Below, one piece after another: positions 25,853 to 35,818 of a stretch of DNA of 56,713 bases. Made by a program: the position numbers and the translations under genes. The DNA comes from a virus, in IMG/VR virus record IMGVR_UViG_3300027554_000002; one strand, 5' to 3'. Each line of letters begins with the position of its first letter. The stretch's first letter is position 1. The notes beneath the pieces are model-generated. The model worked only from the letters and a program-made list of their open reading frames with translations, did not search any database and had not been told where the DNA came from.

Positions 25853-27265
25853 TTAAACTTCCAGTAATCGTAATTCGGTTTGGTGTATGTTTTGTCTGAA
25901 GTGTGTATATTCAAGCGCATCTTCAAGTATAGCTAGAAATATATAATCACCTCTAAACCATGACACCTCGTTAGGGTATGGTGAAATTAAAAAAGGTCGG
26001 CTCGCATTTTCTTTTTCAAATTGAGACATAACTAATCTATCATTATTACTCATGTGATCTAAATTAAGTGAAGCGCTTCGGATTTTGTTCTGTTCCCTAG
26101 CTGCTATAGAATGACCGCTAAGCGTTTTTTGTAAATTGGGTGAATCTAAAAACGTTATTGAACTCGGATAGCTAAAATTTTCCTCTAGTGTGATTGTATT
26201 ACCCACCATAGCCATTCGTAATGATACGTTGTCGCCGCTTGTCACTGCACCGGCATAACCCGATTGAATAGTAGTACCAAAACTAGATTCGGCAGGTCCG
26301 TTGTTTGTAGGTGCGGCACTTGCGACCGTTTGTATCACCATCTTATCAATACTTATATAATGGTCACGCGCTGATAAAGTAAGGTTGTGTAATTGTCCTG
26401 CTATTAAATTAATAGAACGCAATTCCAACCAGACCCAACCTTGATTGACTAATTCGCCGTTTACCCAAAAATGTGAAGAGTTTATACCGTCAAACGTACT
26501 GTAGATCGAATTACCATCAGTTGAATACATACGTAAATATATTTTATACGAACCGCTTACCGTTGCATTAAATTTAAATTCAATTTTTGGCCCTTCATTA
26601 GCCGACCAGTAAAATTGTGAACCATTTTTATAAAGTCTTATATCATCAGACGCGCCAACATCACCAACACTTTCCCATGTATCAGAATCGTTAGGAGTTA
26701 CAACCCCGTTTTCAGCTTCTATACATACAACTCTTGTTACATCATCTTGACGGTATATACCATCACTAACATAAACTGGTGGTGGTTCAGTTGGTGGCAC
26801 GTAACCATAATTATGTTCGATTGATATTTTAAAAGACAACGCACCAATCAAAGCACCGAAAAAATAACTAATAACATCGTTTAACGGGTCATTATCTTTT
26901 GATGCCCAAGGGTCAATCCCCCATCGAAATAAACCTTGTGGCAATATTTCGCCAATTTCCATCCAGTCACTACCACCCACCGCCGTTGTTGCGTCTTGTA
27001 CCGTTGTACTGTTATAAAGTTGGAAAAGTACACGCGCATTATTAGGCAGGTTGTGTCCGCAAATTGCAAAAAAATCTATTTGTCTTTCTTCAGCAAACAC
27101 ACCAGTAATACTAATATAGGTTGTAGATAAATCGGTCCATTTTGTTTGTCGTCCACGGTATACCGTTCGTAAATTATCAAGTGAAGTAACAGGCTCTACA
27201 TTTGACGATAAATTAGCAATAGGAACATAATTATCTTTGCTCAAAACTAAATGCTTGCAATCCAT
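25853..27265 (-). CDS. Distal tail protein with a central CBM6/35-like carbohydrate-binding module (470 aa)
   Basis: KIEFKFNATVSGSYKIYLRMYS...VNGELV...WVWLELRSINLIAGQLHNLTLSA...IDKMVI. Confidence 0.5.
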   Translation of the reverse strand: MDCKHLVLSKDNYVPIANLSSNVEPVTSLDNLRTVYRGRQTKWTDLSTTYISITGVFAEERQIDFFAICGHNLPNNARVLFQLYNSTTVQDATTAVGGSDWMEIGEILPQGLFRWGIDPWASKDNDPLNDVISYFFGALIGALSFKISIEHNYGYVPPTEPPPVYVSDGIYRQDDVTRVVCIEAENGVVTPNDSDTWESVGDVGASDDIRLYKNGSQFYWSANEGPKIEFKFNATVSGSYKIYLRMYSTDGNSIYSTFDGINSSHFWVNGELVNQGWVWLELRSINLIAGQLHNLTLSARDHYISIDKMVIQTVASAAPTNNGPAESSFGTTIQSGYAGAVTSGDNVSLRMAMVGNTITLEENFSYPSSITFLDSPNLQKTLSGHSIAAREQNKIRSASLNLDHMSNNDRLVMSQFEKENASRPFLISPYPNEVSWFRGDYIFLAILEDALEYTHFRQNIHQTELRLLEV

Positions 27266-29175
27266 TAAATTAAAACCTCAATTGTACTTACATCAAATAA
27301 CGGTTGACGTTTTACATTCACGACAACACCTAAGCCTGAAATCATAGGGTGTTGCAAACTAACTACATCACCCGCTTGGACTAAATCATCAACACCAATA
27401 ACGCCAAACTCCCAAACGTTGCGCAAGTTAGTGTATGCAAGCGCACGAGCATTACCCAAACTTTGTGCATCCGTTAGTGTGGTTAAATAGGTTTCAATTG
27501 TTACACTTTCATTTAGATTTCCGGTTGTTGCTTGTGTTTCTATCGTTGTTGATAATCCATCACCGTAACCGATAACCACATTAGACACCGGATATATGGT
27601 TTCTATAATAGACACTGTGTTTTTTATAACATTGTCACTGTTTAGAATTATTTCAGGCTCAATATTAAAATCAGGGTCAATAAAATCTGTATTCCCTGTT
27701 TGATTAGTTCGTCTATAAATGGTAACTGAATTGGTAATCGTATCCAATGCGTCTTGCATGGTTAGACTTTCAGTTACCGTGTATTCAACTTGTTTATTTA
27801 ATTTTGTATCACTTACGTTTAAAAATTTATACGTACCGGACAAATTCCATTCACCCATAATGTAACTGATAGCATCAATTACCGTTTGATTTTTAACAAC
27901 ATCAGCACCGGTATGAAATGTTCGATCAAATTTATTACTATCGCCAATGACATTAAAACTATATAAACGATCATCAACTAATTCGCAGCCTTGTTGGTTC
28001 GCACTGGCAATTAATTTAAACCTTGACCAGTCCCATGTTATATCACCCATGTATAAACTAGCTCTATAGCCGCGCCAATTTTTACCTAACCAATTTTCTG
28101 TTAAAACAGGGTTAACCGCTTCAATGTCACCGACACTACCATCGCTCCCTAAACCTTGTTCTAGATAAGGGGGTGCGGTTATCCAATCATCAAATTCATT
28201 GTTTCTACTATCAACAAAACCCTTCGATGCAAGTCTCACCACTCCCTGCGCATTGTTTAATTCGATAGCTAATACTTTATTTTTATCTTTAGTTCTATCG
28301 GTTATAAATTCACCGTAGGTTTGTTTTATCTCTCCATCGTATAAAATAAATTGATATTCCATAGAGCCAAAAACATAACCGTTCCCTATGTTCCAAAATA
28401 GACGCCCATGTATTATTTTAGGCTCTTTGGATATTTCTAAACCGGTAACGGTTGCGGTTATATCGTCAGGGTCGCCCAATGCAACAAAACTATTATAAAT
28501 ATCTAAACCGCCTTTTACCGTGCTCAATCTAAAAATCATTTGTGTAGGGTTTAAATCATTTACTAAAAATCTAAACGTGTGATCAGTACCGTCTAGCTTT
28601 GCTCTATTGTGCGGGTATACGATAAGCGGAAAACTAGCGTCAGTTCCATATTGCGCGGTAATTTCAAAGCCATCAAAACGCCCATACTTTTCTACAGGCA
28701 TTTCAGTATCGGTGCCGTCGGTTATTAACGTGTTATCTGTACGCAGCAATACTAACCCTTCTATTAATAAATCTTTGCTGATTGAATGCAGGGTAATTGT
28801 ATTTCTACCCGCGTATAGAGTTACCTTTGTTTTAGTCAGCGCGTTAGACCAAACCCACGTTGATGAATTAAATTCCACACGGCCCAAAGCATTATTACCG
28901 ATAACCGTTTGATTACCGTTTACATCAACCCACAACCAACACTTAACACCGTTAGTTTTCATTTTAAAAAAGATATAATAATTAGCGGCTGTTCCGATAT
29001 TAAACGTAAATTTTACTTTACCCGCTAATGTTTTATCCCATGTTGAGCCGCTAGGCTGTACATAACGCCGACCCGCCGATGCTGTTTTTTTCTCCCATCG
29101 AATAGAATCACCCGCTATGATTTGGGCATTGTGGCAACGCATAGAAATTACATTGGGTTCAGTTTCAACAAACAT
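27265..29175 (-). CDS. Distal tail / baseplate protein with an N-terminal CBM-like module (636 aa)
   Basis: First gene after the tape measure. KVKFTFNIGTAANYYIFFKMKT...VNGNQTV...WVWSNALTKTKVTLYAGRNTITLHS...IEGLVLL. Confidence 0.5.
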   Translation of the reverse strand: MFVETEPNVISMRCHNAQIIAGDSIRWEKKTASAGRRYVQPSGSTWDKTLAGKVKFTFNIGTAANYYIFFKMKTNGVKCWLWVDVNGNQTVIGNNALGRVEFNSSTWVWSNALTKTKVTLYAGRNTITLHSISKDLLIEGLVLLRTDNTLITDGTDTEMPVEKYGRFDGFEITAQYGTDASFPLIVYPHNRAKLDGTDHTFRFLVNDLNPTQMIFRLSTVKGGLDIYNSFVALGDPDDITATVTGLEISKEPKIIHGRLFWNIGNGYVFGSMEYQFILYDGEIKQTYGEFITDRTKDKNKVLAIELNNAQGVVRLASKGFVDSRNNEFDDWITAPPYLEQGLGSDGSVGDIEAVNPVLTENWLGKNWRGYRASLYMGDITWDWSRFKLIASANQQGCELVDDRLYSFNVIGDSNKFDRTFHTGADVVKNQTVIDAISYIMGEWNLSGTYKFLNVSDTKLNKQVEYTVTESLTMQDALDTITNSVTIYRRTNQTGNTDFIDPDFNIEPEIILNSDNVIKNTVSIIETIYPVSNVVIGYGDGLSTTIETQATTGNLNESVTIETYLTTLTDAQSLGNARALAYTNLRNVWEFGVIGVDDLVQAGDVVSLQHPMISGLGVVVNVKRQPLFDVSTIEVLI

Positions 29176-32100
29176 TTATAAATCACTCTGTCGTTTAGTG
29201 CGCCGACCGATACGGTTACCTTCGTTAATAGCTTTAGTTTGATTGTTAGTTTGTATAGCCACAGTGTCCAATCCTTTGTTATTTTGCATAGCGGCCTTTT
29301 CGTTATCTTTGCGCATCTGTGCCAATTCATCTTTTATAGCTTTTAGGTCTGATGTTGAATCATTTGCAGAACTTCGAGCAGCTACTTTGGGCTGAACCAT
29401 AGCACCGAAACCGTTACCCTTTAACCACGATGTAACAGGTTGCGGCATAACAGATTCACCCTGATGTAATAGAGCACGGTAACCATCAAACGGTATGTGC
29501 CCAATACCGCTAGCGTGTGAACCGTTATAAGACTTTAATAAATCAGCCGCGCTAGGGCCCGTATAATTATTAATAAGTCGCGAAACATTATCATTCATTG
29601 TGTTTAGGTGTGATTGTGCAACCCCTGAAATACGTCCCAATTCAGTTCCAAATCCGCGAACACTGCTCGACGCAGCACCAGCCGCACCCGCTATATGATT
29701 CAACGCGTTTTTAGATTCGTTATAAACACCGTTATTGATAGCCGTTTGATTCTTTAAACTTTCCAATGAACCTATTTGTTGATCAATAGCAACCTTCGCA
29801 TTGCTTCCCGCTTCGGTGCTACCGTCAATAGAATCTTTATACAATCGTAACGCGGCTATACTCGTATCGATCTGCTGTGTGTTCTCACCCGTTACACCGT
29901 TAAGTGATCGTAGCGATTCAATTTGCATACTGGTCGCATCGTATGCCGCTTTACCCGCCTCGGTGTTTATATCAAGCGTATTAGAATATTGTACTAACTG
30001 TGCAATCGATGCCGCGTTACGTTCACTGTACCGACCAGCTTCTGCAAGGTTAGCAGCTTCGCGCGTAGCGCTTAACTCTAATAATTGCGCATTAGCTTCA
30101 GCACTAACCGCCGTCATATCAGCAAAGTTAGTTTTTAAATTTTCAGGCATTTGCGCCATAATTGCGGCAACGTCACCTTCAGCTTCTACAATCATTCCCA
30201 TAGAACTTACTACTTCCATAGCCGCCGCGTGTGCTTTCATACCAGCTTCAGTTTGTAGGTCCAACCCTTCTACATAAGTACGAAATTCACCTTTTGTATC
30301 GATTGCCGCCGCACCGGTTAAACCAAGTTCGTTATTAAAATTCTGTACCGCTGTTGCCGCTGTTGTTAATGCAATTTGCTTCTGTTCTTCTGCACTAAAA
30401 AATGTATCGTAATAATTTGCGTTAGCAGCGTTAAACGCATCTATACCACCGCTGATTTCAATAAGATCACTGGCAAACTTACCCGCTTTAGGCGATGTTG
30501 AATCGAAGTTAAGATTTAACAGTGTAGCCGCTTCACTAACTGTGTTCATCACTAGCGCTTGTCTCTCGCTACGTGCAATCAATGCAGCCGTTTGCGCTAT
30601 CTGTTTATCCTCTACCGCAACAATAGCTTCTAACTGACTATAAGCGGCAACCGTTAGCGAATCCATCTGTTCGCGTGATGCTGCACTTGCAATACCACCT
30701 TTTTCCATTGCTTCAGTTTGTTGTTGTAAATATTTTATATATGTTTCAGCTTCAGCGCGTGTATTAATCATTCCATCAAATGTACCTTTAAACGCACCGG
30801 TTAACAGTGCTGTTTCTTGTGTACCTTTACTTAATGATTTATTCCATTTGGTTAGCTCTTGGGTTTTAGTATTAAAATCCACATCAACTAAACCGGTTGA
30901 AAATTCACGCGCATATAGGTCAAGCGTCTGCATTGCAGCAGCAGTACCACCAAGCCCTTCAGTTAGTCGTATCGCATAAGCCGCATTCGCATCGCTGGTG
31001 CCGGTAAGCTTTAAGCCAACAGACTCTAAACTTGTGGTCATCAATGCAGCACTAGTCCCTATTTTTTCAAACACCGCTGCAATATCTTCAACCGTTGCTG
31101 TATCTAAATCTATTGCGTCATCAATTAACGATTGAACTTGTGGCCCTAACTTATCGAACGCATATTTATACGCATCGCCCGTTGAATCAGTGACCCATTG
31201 TTTTAAATCTGCATCAAAAGTATTTGCGTAGAGCCTTATGCTATCAACTTCAAAACCATCTAACAGAGCGCCACTAGCTTTTCCGCCTAACGAATCGAAA
31301 GTTGTTATCACATTGGTTTTTAATGTGTCTAACGAGCCTTGGATAGCTGCTTCAATTTGTGGGTCAACATCAGAATAATTTGTAGTTCGTTTTGTACCTC
31401 TAAACATTGAACGTTTTTTAGTGAAGTTCTCAAAGTCATAAGCCTTTAGCTCGCCACCGCGTACCGAAACTTCTGTCCCGCCTTCACGAAATTTTGTTTT
31501 ACCACCCATTGCTTCTGAAGCAACCGCAATCGTTGCTGCTGCAATGGCAATTTGTGGAACAGCACTTGCTAAACTTGTTAGTAGTCCGCTAGTAGCTGTC
31601 GCTGTCGCTCCGCCTAATGCGCCTGGACTTAAACCTGCGGCTGTTGCTGTAGATCCTGCACCAAACAAGCCTCCTAGTTTAGAAGCGCCAGCGCTGAGCA
31701 AAGAACCAAGTCCGCCCGCGTCACCTGCGCCGCCACCGCCCCCGCTAAACATTCCAGAGAGTTGGGAAGCTAATCCTGCAACACCTGCGCCTCCCATACC
31801 CACAAATGCCATAATCTTATTAGCTGCAAAATATGCAATCTTTTCTTTTAGCCAGTCCTTTAGAAAGTCGCCTATATTACTGAAGGCGTCTTTTATATTA
31901 CTAGAGTCTCTAATACTGCTAGCAATACCGTCTCTAATTTCAGTAAACCCTCTAGTTATAGCTTGGCCCATTTTCTTAACAGCTTCAGCTCCATCTTTTC
32001 CCTTCTCATCTATGCCGCCAACAAAGCCTGCAACAACGTCTGAAGCTATACGCCAAAAGGCTTTTGAAGGTGAGTTAGAATCAAATACATCTACTTCTTT

Positions 32101-34482
32101 AACTGCTGAGATAACGCCTTTACCAAAGCCTTTAATTGCAGCAAACGCGCCAGATGCTTTTTCTTTCAATCCCTCAGTAAAGCCTGCAATTGCATCGCGA
32201 CCTACTTGTTTTAAATCTGCTATAAAGCTATCGCCCAAAGCTTTGACATCAGGTAAATCTACTTTCAATTCAAAGGCTGCTAACTTATTATAAATCCCTT
32301 TCCAGTATTCAACGAAACCTTTAATAGCTTCCATCGCTAACTCTACAGTCTTATAACCTAGCTCAGCTGCTCGTTTCTCTAAAGGCTTATCCCACCATGT
32401 TCTGAATTTCTCAATTAGTTCTTGAGCTTTTTCTATAGCAGTGAGTACGAACTGAGGTGTGTATGCTGTCAAGTTATACTTGTTCCAAGTAGCGACAAAC
32501 AAGTCAGCCGCTGCCTTAGCTTTATCAAGCAATGCTGTCTTAACAGAAAGTTCTTTTTCTTCAAACGTAGAAGCTTTCCACCAGCTTACAGCTGAAGCAA
32601 AGCTAGTCTTGGCAATCTGGATGCCCATTGCTTTAACTTGTGCAATTTTATCTTCCATAGATGTAGTCTCCCACCAGTGGAAGAAGTCCTTAGAAAGTTG
32701 CTCAGCGGCTGCCATACCTTTAACCACAAACTCAGGCGAATGCTTTTTCAGGACAGATGTATTCCATACACTAAATAAAGATTCAGCTACTAACTTAGCG
32801 CCCGACACTTGCAAGTCAACAACGTCTAAGAGCTTCTGCTCGAACGTCGTATTCTGCCACCAACTTAAGAAAGCATTTCCTGAGCTTTGCATAGCAGGCC
32901 ATATTCCGTTCCACCAAGCAACGATCCCATCCCAGTTTTTGTATATTAGCAGCGCACCTGCGGCGATTGCAGCGATTACAAGCGTTACAGGGTTAAGAAG
33001 CCCTGCTGCTGCCGCAATGCCCTTAAACACGCCCACAAGAGCACCTATAGCCCCTGCACCAATAGAAGCTGCTTTGATAGCTACTAATGCTATAGCAAAC
33101 TCATCCAAGTACGGTATTAAAGGCGATACAGCATTAACAACAATACGGACAACATCTGCGAACCTTTGCATCGCTACGCTACCTTTATCAATCTCTCCGA
33201 ATTGTATCTTGCTCAGAGGGGATTGGTCTAAGTCTGCGAATGCGTTTTGAAACTGAGTAACGAATGTGGTTATCATGTCTAAGCCGCCTCGCAGCTTAGT
33301 GAATACAGGCTGTATGCTATCAGCGATCCATATAAGCATTGGAACAGCTTTGTCGCCTATAGAACTACTTAGCGATAAGAACTCAGCAGTTAGTGTAGAC
33401 AAGATACGTTTCATCTGGAAGCCTGGAGAGTTGTACATTTTAGTGAATGCTTCTTCACTAGCTCCAGCTTTAGTTCGCATCTGCTCCATAGTTCCGATGA
33501 ACTTTTCGTTCTGTGTACCTGCTAGAGCCATGATTGGTGTAAGTGCTTCTACACCTCCAAATAGTTTAGCAAGCTCTTCAGTGCTTCCGCCTGTCTTGTT
33601 TTTAACGTCTTTAAGAAATTCAGCGAACCCTTTTCCTTTAAGTCCAGCAGCACTAAAATCAATACCTAACCTTTCAGCAGCTTCTTGCGCTTCCTTAGTG
33701 GGCTTAACAACCGAAGCCATAACACCTCTAAGTCCGTTCATCGCAACTTTAGTATCCACACCGCCTGAAGTAAGCGTCGCAACTGCTGCCATCATTTCTT
33801 CAAACGATCCGCCAGCTTGAGCAGCGATAGGCGCCAAGTTACCGATAGCACTTGCTAATTCAGGAATAGTAGTCTTACCTGCTTTAACAGCAGTAAACAT
33901 CGTATCAGAAATGTCAGCAAAGCTTCCTGCTGCTCCATCATAAGCGTTCATAACAGTAGTAAGACCATCCACTGCTGTTTCTGTATCCGTTACACCGCCT
34001 ATCGCTAACTTGTTAGCAGCAGTCATGGCGTCTGTTGCCATTTCCACTGTACTGGCACCAGCTGATATCGCTTGATAGAATGCTTTAACGTTTGCAGTAG
34101 GCATAGAACCAAAGTCTCGTGACTGCTGTAAAGCAGCTTTGGACAATGCTTCCATATCGAATTTGGTTGTATCAACAAGAGTGCTAACTTCAGCAAGCGA
34201 GTCAGCATATTGGAAAGTCATACGAGCAGCAGCGCCGAAGCCTACTCCTGCAATCAAACCTTTTATATTTCTAAGTCCGGATGTAAGTCCTGCTGTAGAT
34301 TTGTTAGCAGTATTTATACCCGTAGAAGCTGTTCGCATAGATCGGTCAATAAGACCACCGCTTTTCTTAGCAGTCTTACCAACCGAGTCTTCTGCGCGAT
34401 CAAGTTTGTCGAGCTGCTTAATAGCTTTGTCAATACCTCGAGTTTCAACTTCAAAACCTAGGTCCGCAATATCTTCAGCCAC
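29176..34482 (-). CDS. Tail tape measure protein (1768 aa), GTG start
   Basis: Size, position after the chaperone pair, TMP core-like AISAGASTVEMATDAMTAANKLAIGGVTDTETAVDGLTTVMNAY, hydrophobic Gly/Ala segments. Confidence 0.9.
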   Translation of the reverse strand: MAEDIADLGFEVETRGIDKAIKQLDKLDRAEDSVGKTAKKSGGLIDRSMRTASTGINTANKSTAGLTSGLRNIKGLIAGVGFGAAARMTFQYADSLAEVSTLVDTTKFDMEALSKAALQQSRDFGSMPTANVKAFYQAISAGASTVEMATDAMTAANKLAIGGVTDTETAVDGLTTVMNAYDGAAGSFADISDTMFTAVKAGKTTIPELASAIGNLAPIAAQAGGSFEEMMAAVATLTSGGVDTKVAMNGLRGVMASVVKPTKEAQEAAERLGIDFSAAGLKGKGFAEFLKDVKNKTGGSTEELAKLFGGVEALTPIMALAGTQNEKFIGTMEQMRTKAGASEEAFTKMYNSPGFQMKRILSTLTAEFLSLSSSIGDKAVPMLIWIADSIQPVFTKLRGGLDMITTFVTQFQNAFADLDQSPLSKIQFGEIDKGSVAMQRFADVVRIVVNAVSPLIPYLDEFAIALVAIKAASIGAGAIGALVGVFKGIAAAAGLLNPVTLVIAAIAAGALLIYKNWDGIVAWWNGIWPAMQSSGNAFLSWWQNTTFEQKLLDVVDLQVSGAKLVAESLFSVWNTSVLKKHSPEFVVKGMAAAEQLSKDFFHWWETTSMEDKIAQVKAMGIQIAKTSFASAVSWWKASTFEEKELSVKTALLDKAKAAADLFVATWNKYNLTAYTPQFVLTAIEKAQELIEKFRTWWDKPLEKRAAELGYKTVELAMEAIKGFVEYWKGIYNKLAAFELKVDLPDVKALGDSFIADLKQVGRDAIAGFTEGLKEKASGAFAAIKGFGKGVISAVKEVDVFDSNSPSKAFWRIASDVVAGFVGGIDEKGKDGAEAVKKMGQAITRGFTEIRDGIASSIRDSSNIKDAFSNIGDFLKDWLKEKIAYFAANKIMAFVGMGGAGVAGLASQLSGMFSGGGGGAGDAGGLGSLLSAGASKLGGLFGAGSTATAAGLSPGALGGATATATSGLLTSLASAVPQIAIAAATIAVASEAMGGKTKFREGGTEVSVRGGELKAYDFENFTKKRSMFRGTKRTTNYSDVDPQIEAAIQGSLDTLKTNVITTFDSLGGKASGALLDGFEVDSIRLYANTFDADLKQWVTDSTGDAYKYAFDKLGPQVQSLIDDAIDLDTATVEDIAAVFEKIGTSAALMTTSLESVGLKLTGTSDANAAYAIRLTEGLGGTAAAMQTLDLYAREFSTGLVDVDFNTKTQELTKWNKSLSKGTQETALLTGAFKGTFDGMINTRAEAETYIKYLQQQTEAMEKGGIASAASREQMDSLTVAAYSQLEAIVAVEDKQIAQTAALIARSERQALVMNTVSEAATLLNLNFDSTSPKAGKFASDLIEISGGIDAFNAANANYYDTFFSAEEQKQIALTTAATAVQNFNNELGLTGAAAIDTKGEFRTYVEGLDLQTEAGMKAHAAAMEVVSSMGMIVEAEGDVAAIMAQMPENLKTNFADMTAVSAEANAQLLELSATREAANLAEAGRYSERNAASIAQLVQYSNTLDINTEAGKAAYDATSMQIESLRSLNGVTGENTQQIDTSIAALRLYKDSIDGSTEAGSNAKVAIDQQIGSLESLKNQTAINNGVYNESKNALNHIAGAAGAASSSVRGFGTELGRISGVAQSHLNTMNDNVSRLINNYTGPSAADLLKSYNGSHASGIGHIPFDGYRALLHQGESVMPQPVTSWLKGNGFGAMVQPKVAARSSANDSTSDLKAIKDELAQMRKDNEKAAMQNNKGLDTVAIQTNNQTKAINEGNRIGRRTKRQSDL

Positions 34483-35347
34483 TATTTATTTACTCGCATC
34501 ATGGTCGCTAATCTCATCTCCGCATAACGTTTGCGAAGTTCTTTTGCACGTCCTTCAGTAAGCAAAGGGGGCAATTCATGTTCGTTGTCTAAACCTAGCG
34601 CTTCGATGTAAGTATTGGAAAGCGCATTAAACGTTTCAACTTCCCAAACATCCAATTCAATGCTAGTCAATTCACACCAAGCTTTAATCTCCGCATAAGG
34701 AAGAACTTCTCGTCCTTGAGAAAGTCCAATTCCTTGTATAGTTTCAATTATCCAATAACCATAATCAGTTAATAGCGGAAACTCGGTTTCTAGTCTGTCT
34801 TCTCTTGCTTGGAGCCAACCGAGGCACTTGACCCAGAGTTTGCAGTCTTCTCGGAGCTGCCAAAAAAATGCGAACGATCATCCAAGTGGTCGCCCCATTG
34901 CTCTAGCATCCAACCGTATTGCGGATCATTTAAGTGAGCGGTTATACCTACCTGCTCGTTAAGGACAACAGGTGCGCCTTTGCTTTCGATACCGTCGATA
35001 GATTTTATTGCGCGACGTAAAATCTCTTCGCGCTTAATCATACCGTCGCTATCAAGTTCTATTGATTGCTTTCCCTTTTCAATAATAAGAGATTGCTTCT
35101 TGTTTGGGCCAACAACGTCTTTTTCTATCTTTTTCCATTCTTTAGAATCAGGCGTAATACCTGTGATAGATACGCTTAACGTTTCTTCTGTAACTGGGTG
35201 TTTTAAGAATAATGTAGTTGTGCTAGAACTACCTAATAGTGAAATGTCCATGTGGGTGATTATTACCTTTTCAGTTAAGTTAAAAGTTATACAGCTTAAA
35301 TAGAAAGCACCGATGCCTGCGATAACCACAGACATCGGTGCAATCAT
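34482..35347 (-). CDS. Tail assembly chaperone, long form (GT-type) made by a -1 programmed frameshift at 34868..34862
   Basis: The -1 frame opens after the TGA at 34880-34878 and runs to the TAG at 34484-34482. The slippery T TTT TTT lies inside the overlap. Confidence 0.6.
34790..35347 (-). CDS. Tail assembly chaperone, short form (G-type). Start uncertain (ATG 35347 chosen; alternative 35251).
   Basis: Position between the tube and tape measure genes. The track ORF start at 35386 overlaps the tube gene. Confidence 0.6.
   Translation of the reverse strand: MIAPMSVVIAGIGAFYLSCITFNLTEKVIITHMDISLLGSSSTTTLFLKHPVTEETLSVSITGITPDSKEWKKIEKDVVGPNKKQSLIIEKGKQSIELDSDGMIKREEILRRAIKSIDGIESKGAPVVLNEQVGITAHLNDPQYGWMLEQWGDHLDDRSHFFGSSEKTANSGSSASVGSKQEKTD
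34862..34868 (-). promoter_or_regulatory. Slippery heptanucleotide U UUU UUU for the -1 ribosomal frameshift
   Basis: Run of 7 A on the plus strand; zero-frame codons caT TTT TTT ggc. Confidence 0.6.
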
Positions 35348-35357
35348 TATGCCTGCA

Positions 35358-35804
35358 TTAAGCAGGTACGACGAGAATAGCGCCATCGATTTCCAAGCCT
35401 ACAGACGCACGAAGGAAGTCACTTGAACCGCCTACTTGTGTTTTAAAGCTTGCTACATACGCTTGGTAATATAAGATATCTCCTGACGATAGTGTTTCAC
35501 GTACAGATACACTATCCTTAGTTTCGGCAGCAGTTGAAAGAACTGATTGAGCAGCGTTGCTGCCTTTGTAAGCTAGTTCTATAGTTTGCTGACCGAAGTT
35601 AGTCGCTCCTAAGCGTTTATTAATTACACCATCACAAACTGTGTTGAATGTAATTACTTCGTTTTCAGGACCAACATCACCAATCTGTGTTGCTTCGCCT
35701 GAAGCTTCGAACGCCAACGCGGCATAGCCGGCGGCGTCTACTGTTGCGGGTGCGCCTGCGATAAACGCCATGCAGCTCCCAATACTTGATACACCTTGAC
35801 TCAT
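35358..35804 (-). CDS. Major tail (tube) protein (148 aa)
   Basis: Position upstream of the chaperones; size and composition typical of siphovirus tube proteins. Confidence 0.65.
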   Translation of the reverse strand: MSQGVSSIGSCMAFIAGAPATVDAAGYAALAFEASGEATQIGDVGPENEVITFNTVCDGVINKRLGATNFGQQTIELAYKGSNAAQSVLSTAAETKDSVSVRETLSSGDILYYQAYVASFKTQVGGSSDFLRASVGLEIDGAILVVPA

Positions 35805-35818
35805 CTACTCGGTTCCTC

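Noticed and set aside
29801-34561. Several long plus-strand ORFs (29801..30277, 31544..32293, 32459..33250, 33266..33820, 34139..34561)
   Set aside because: All lie antisense inside the 1768-aa tape measure gene. The Ala/Gly/Ser-rich coding strand leaves long shadow ORFs. They lack RBSs and their translations are low-complexity.
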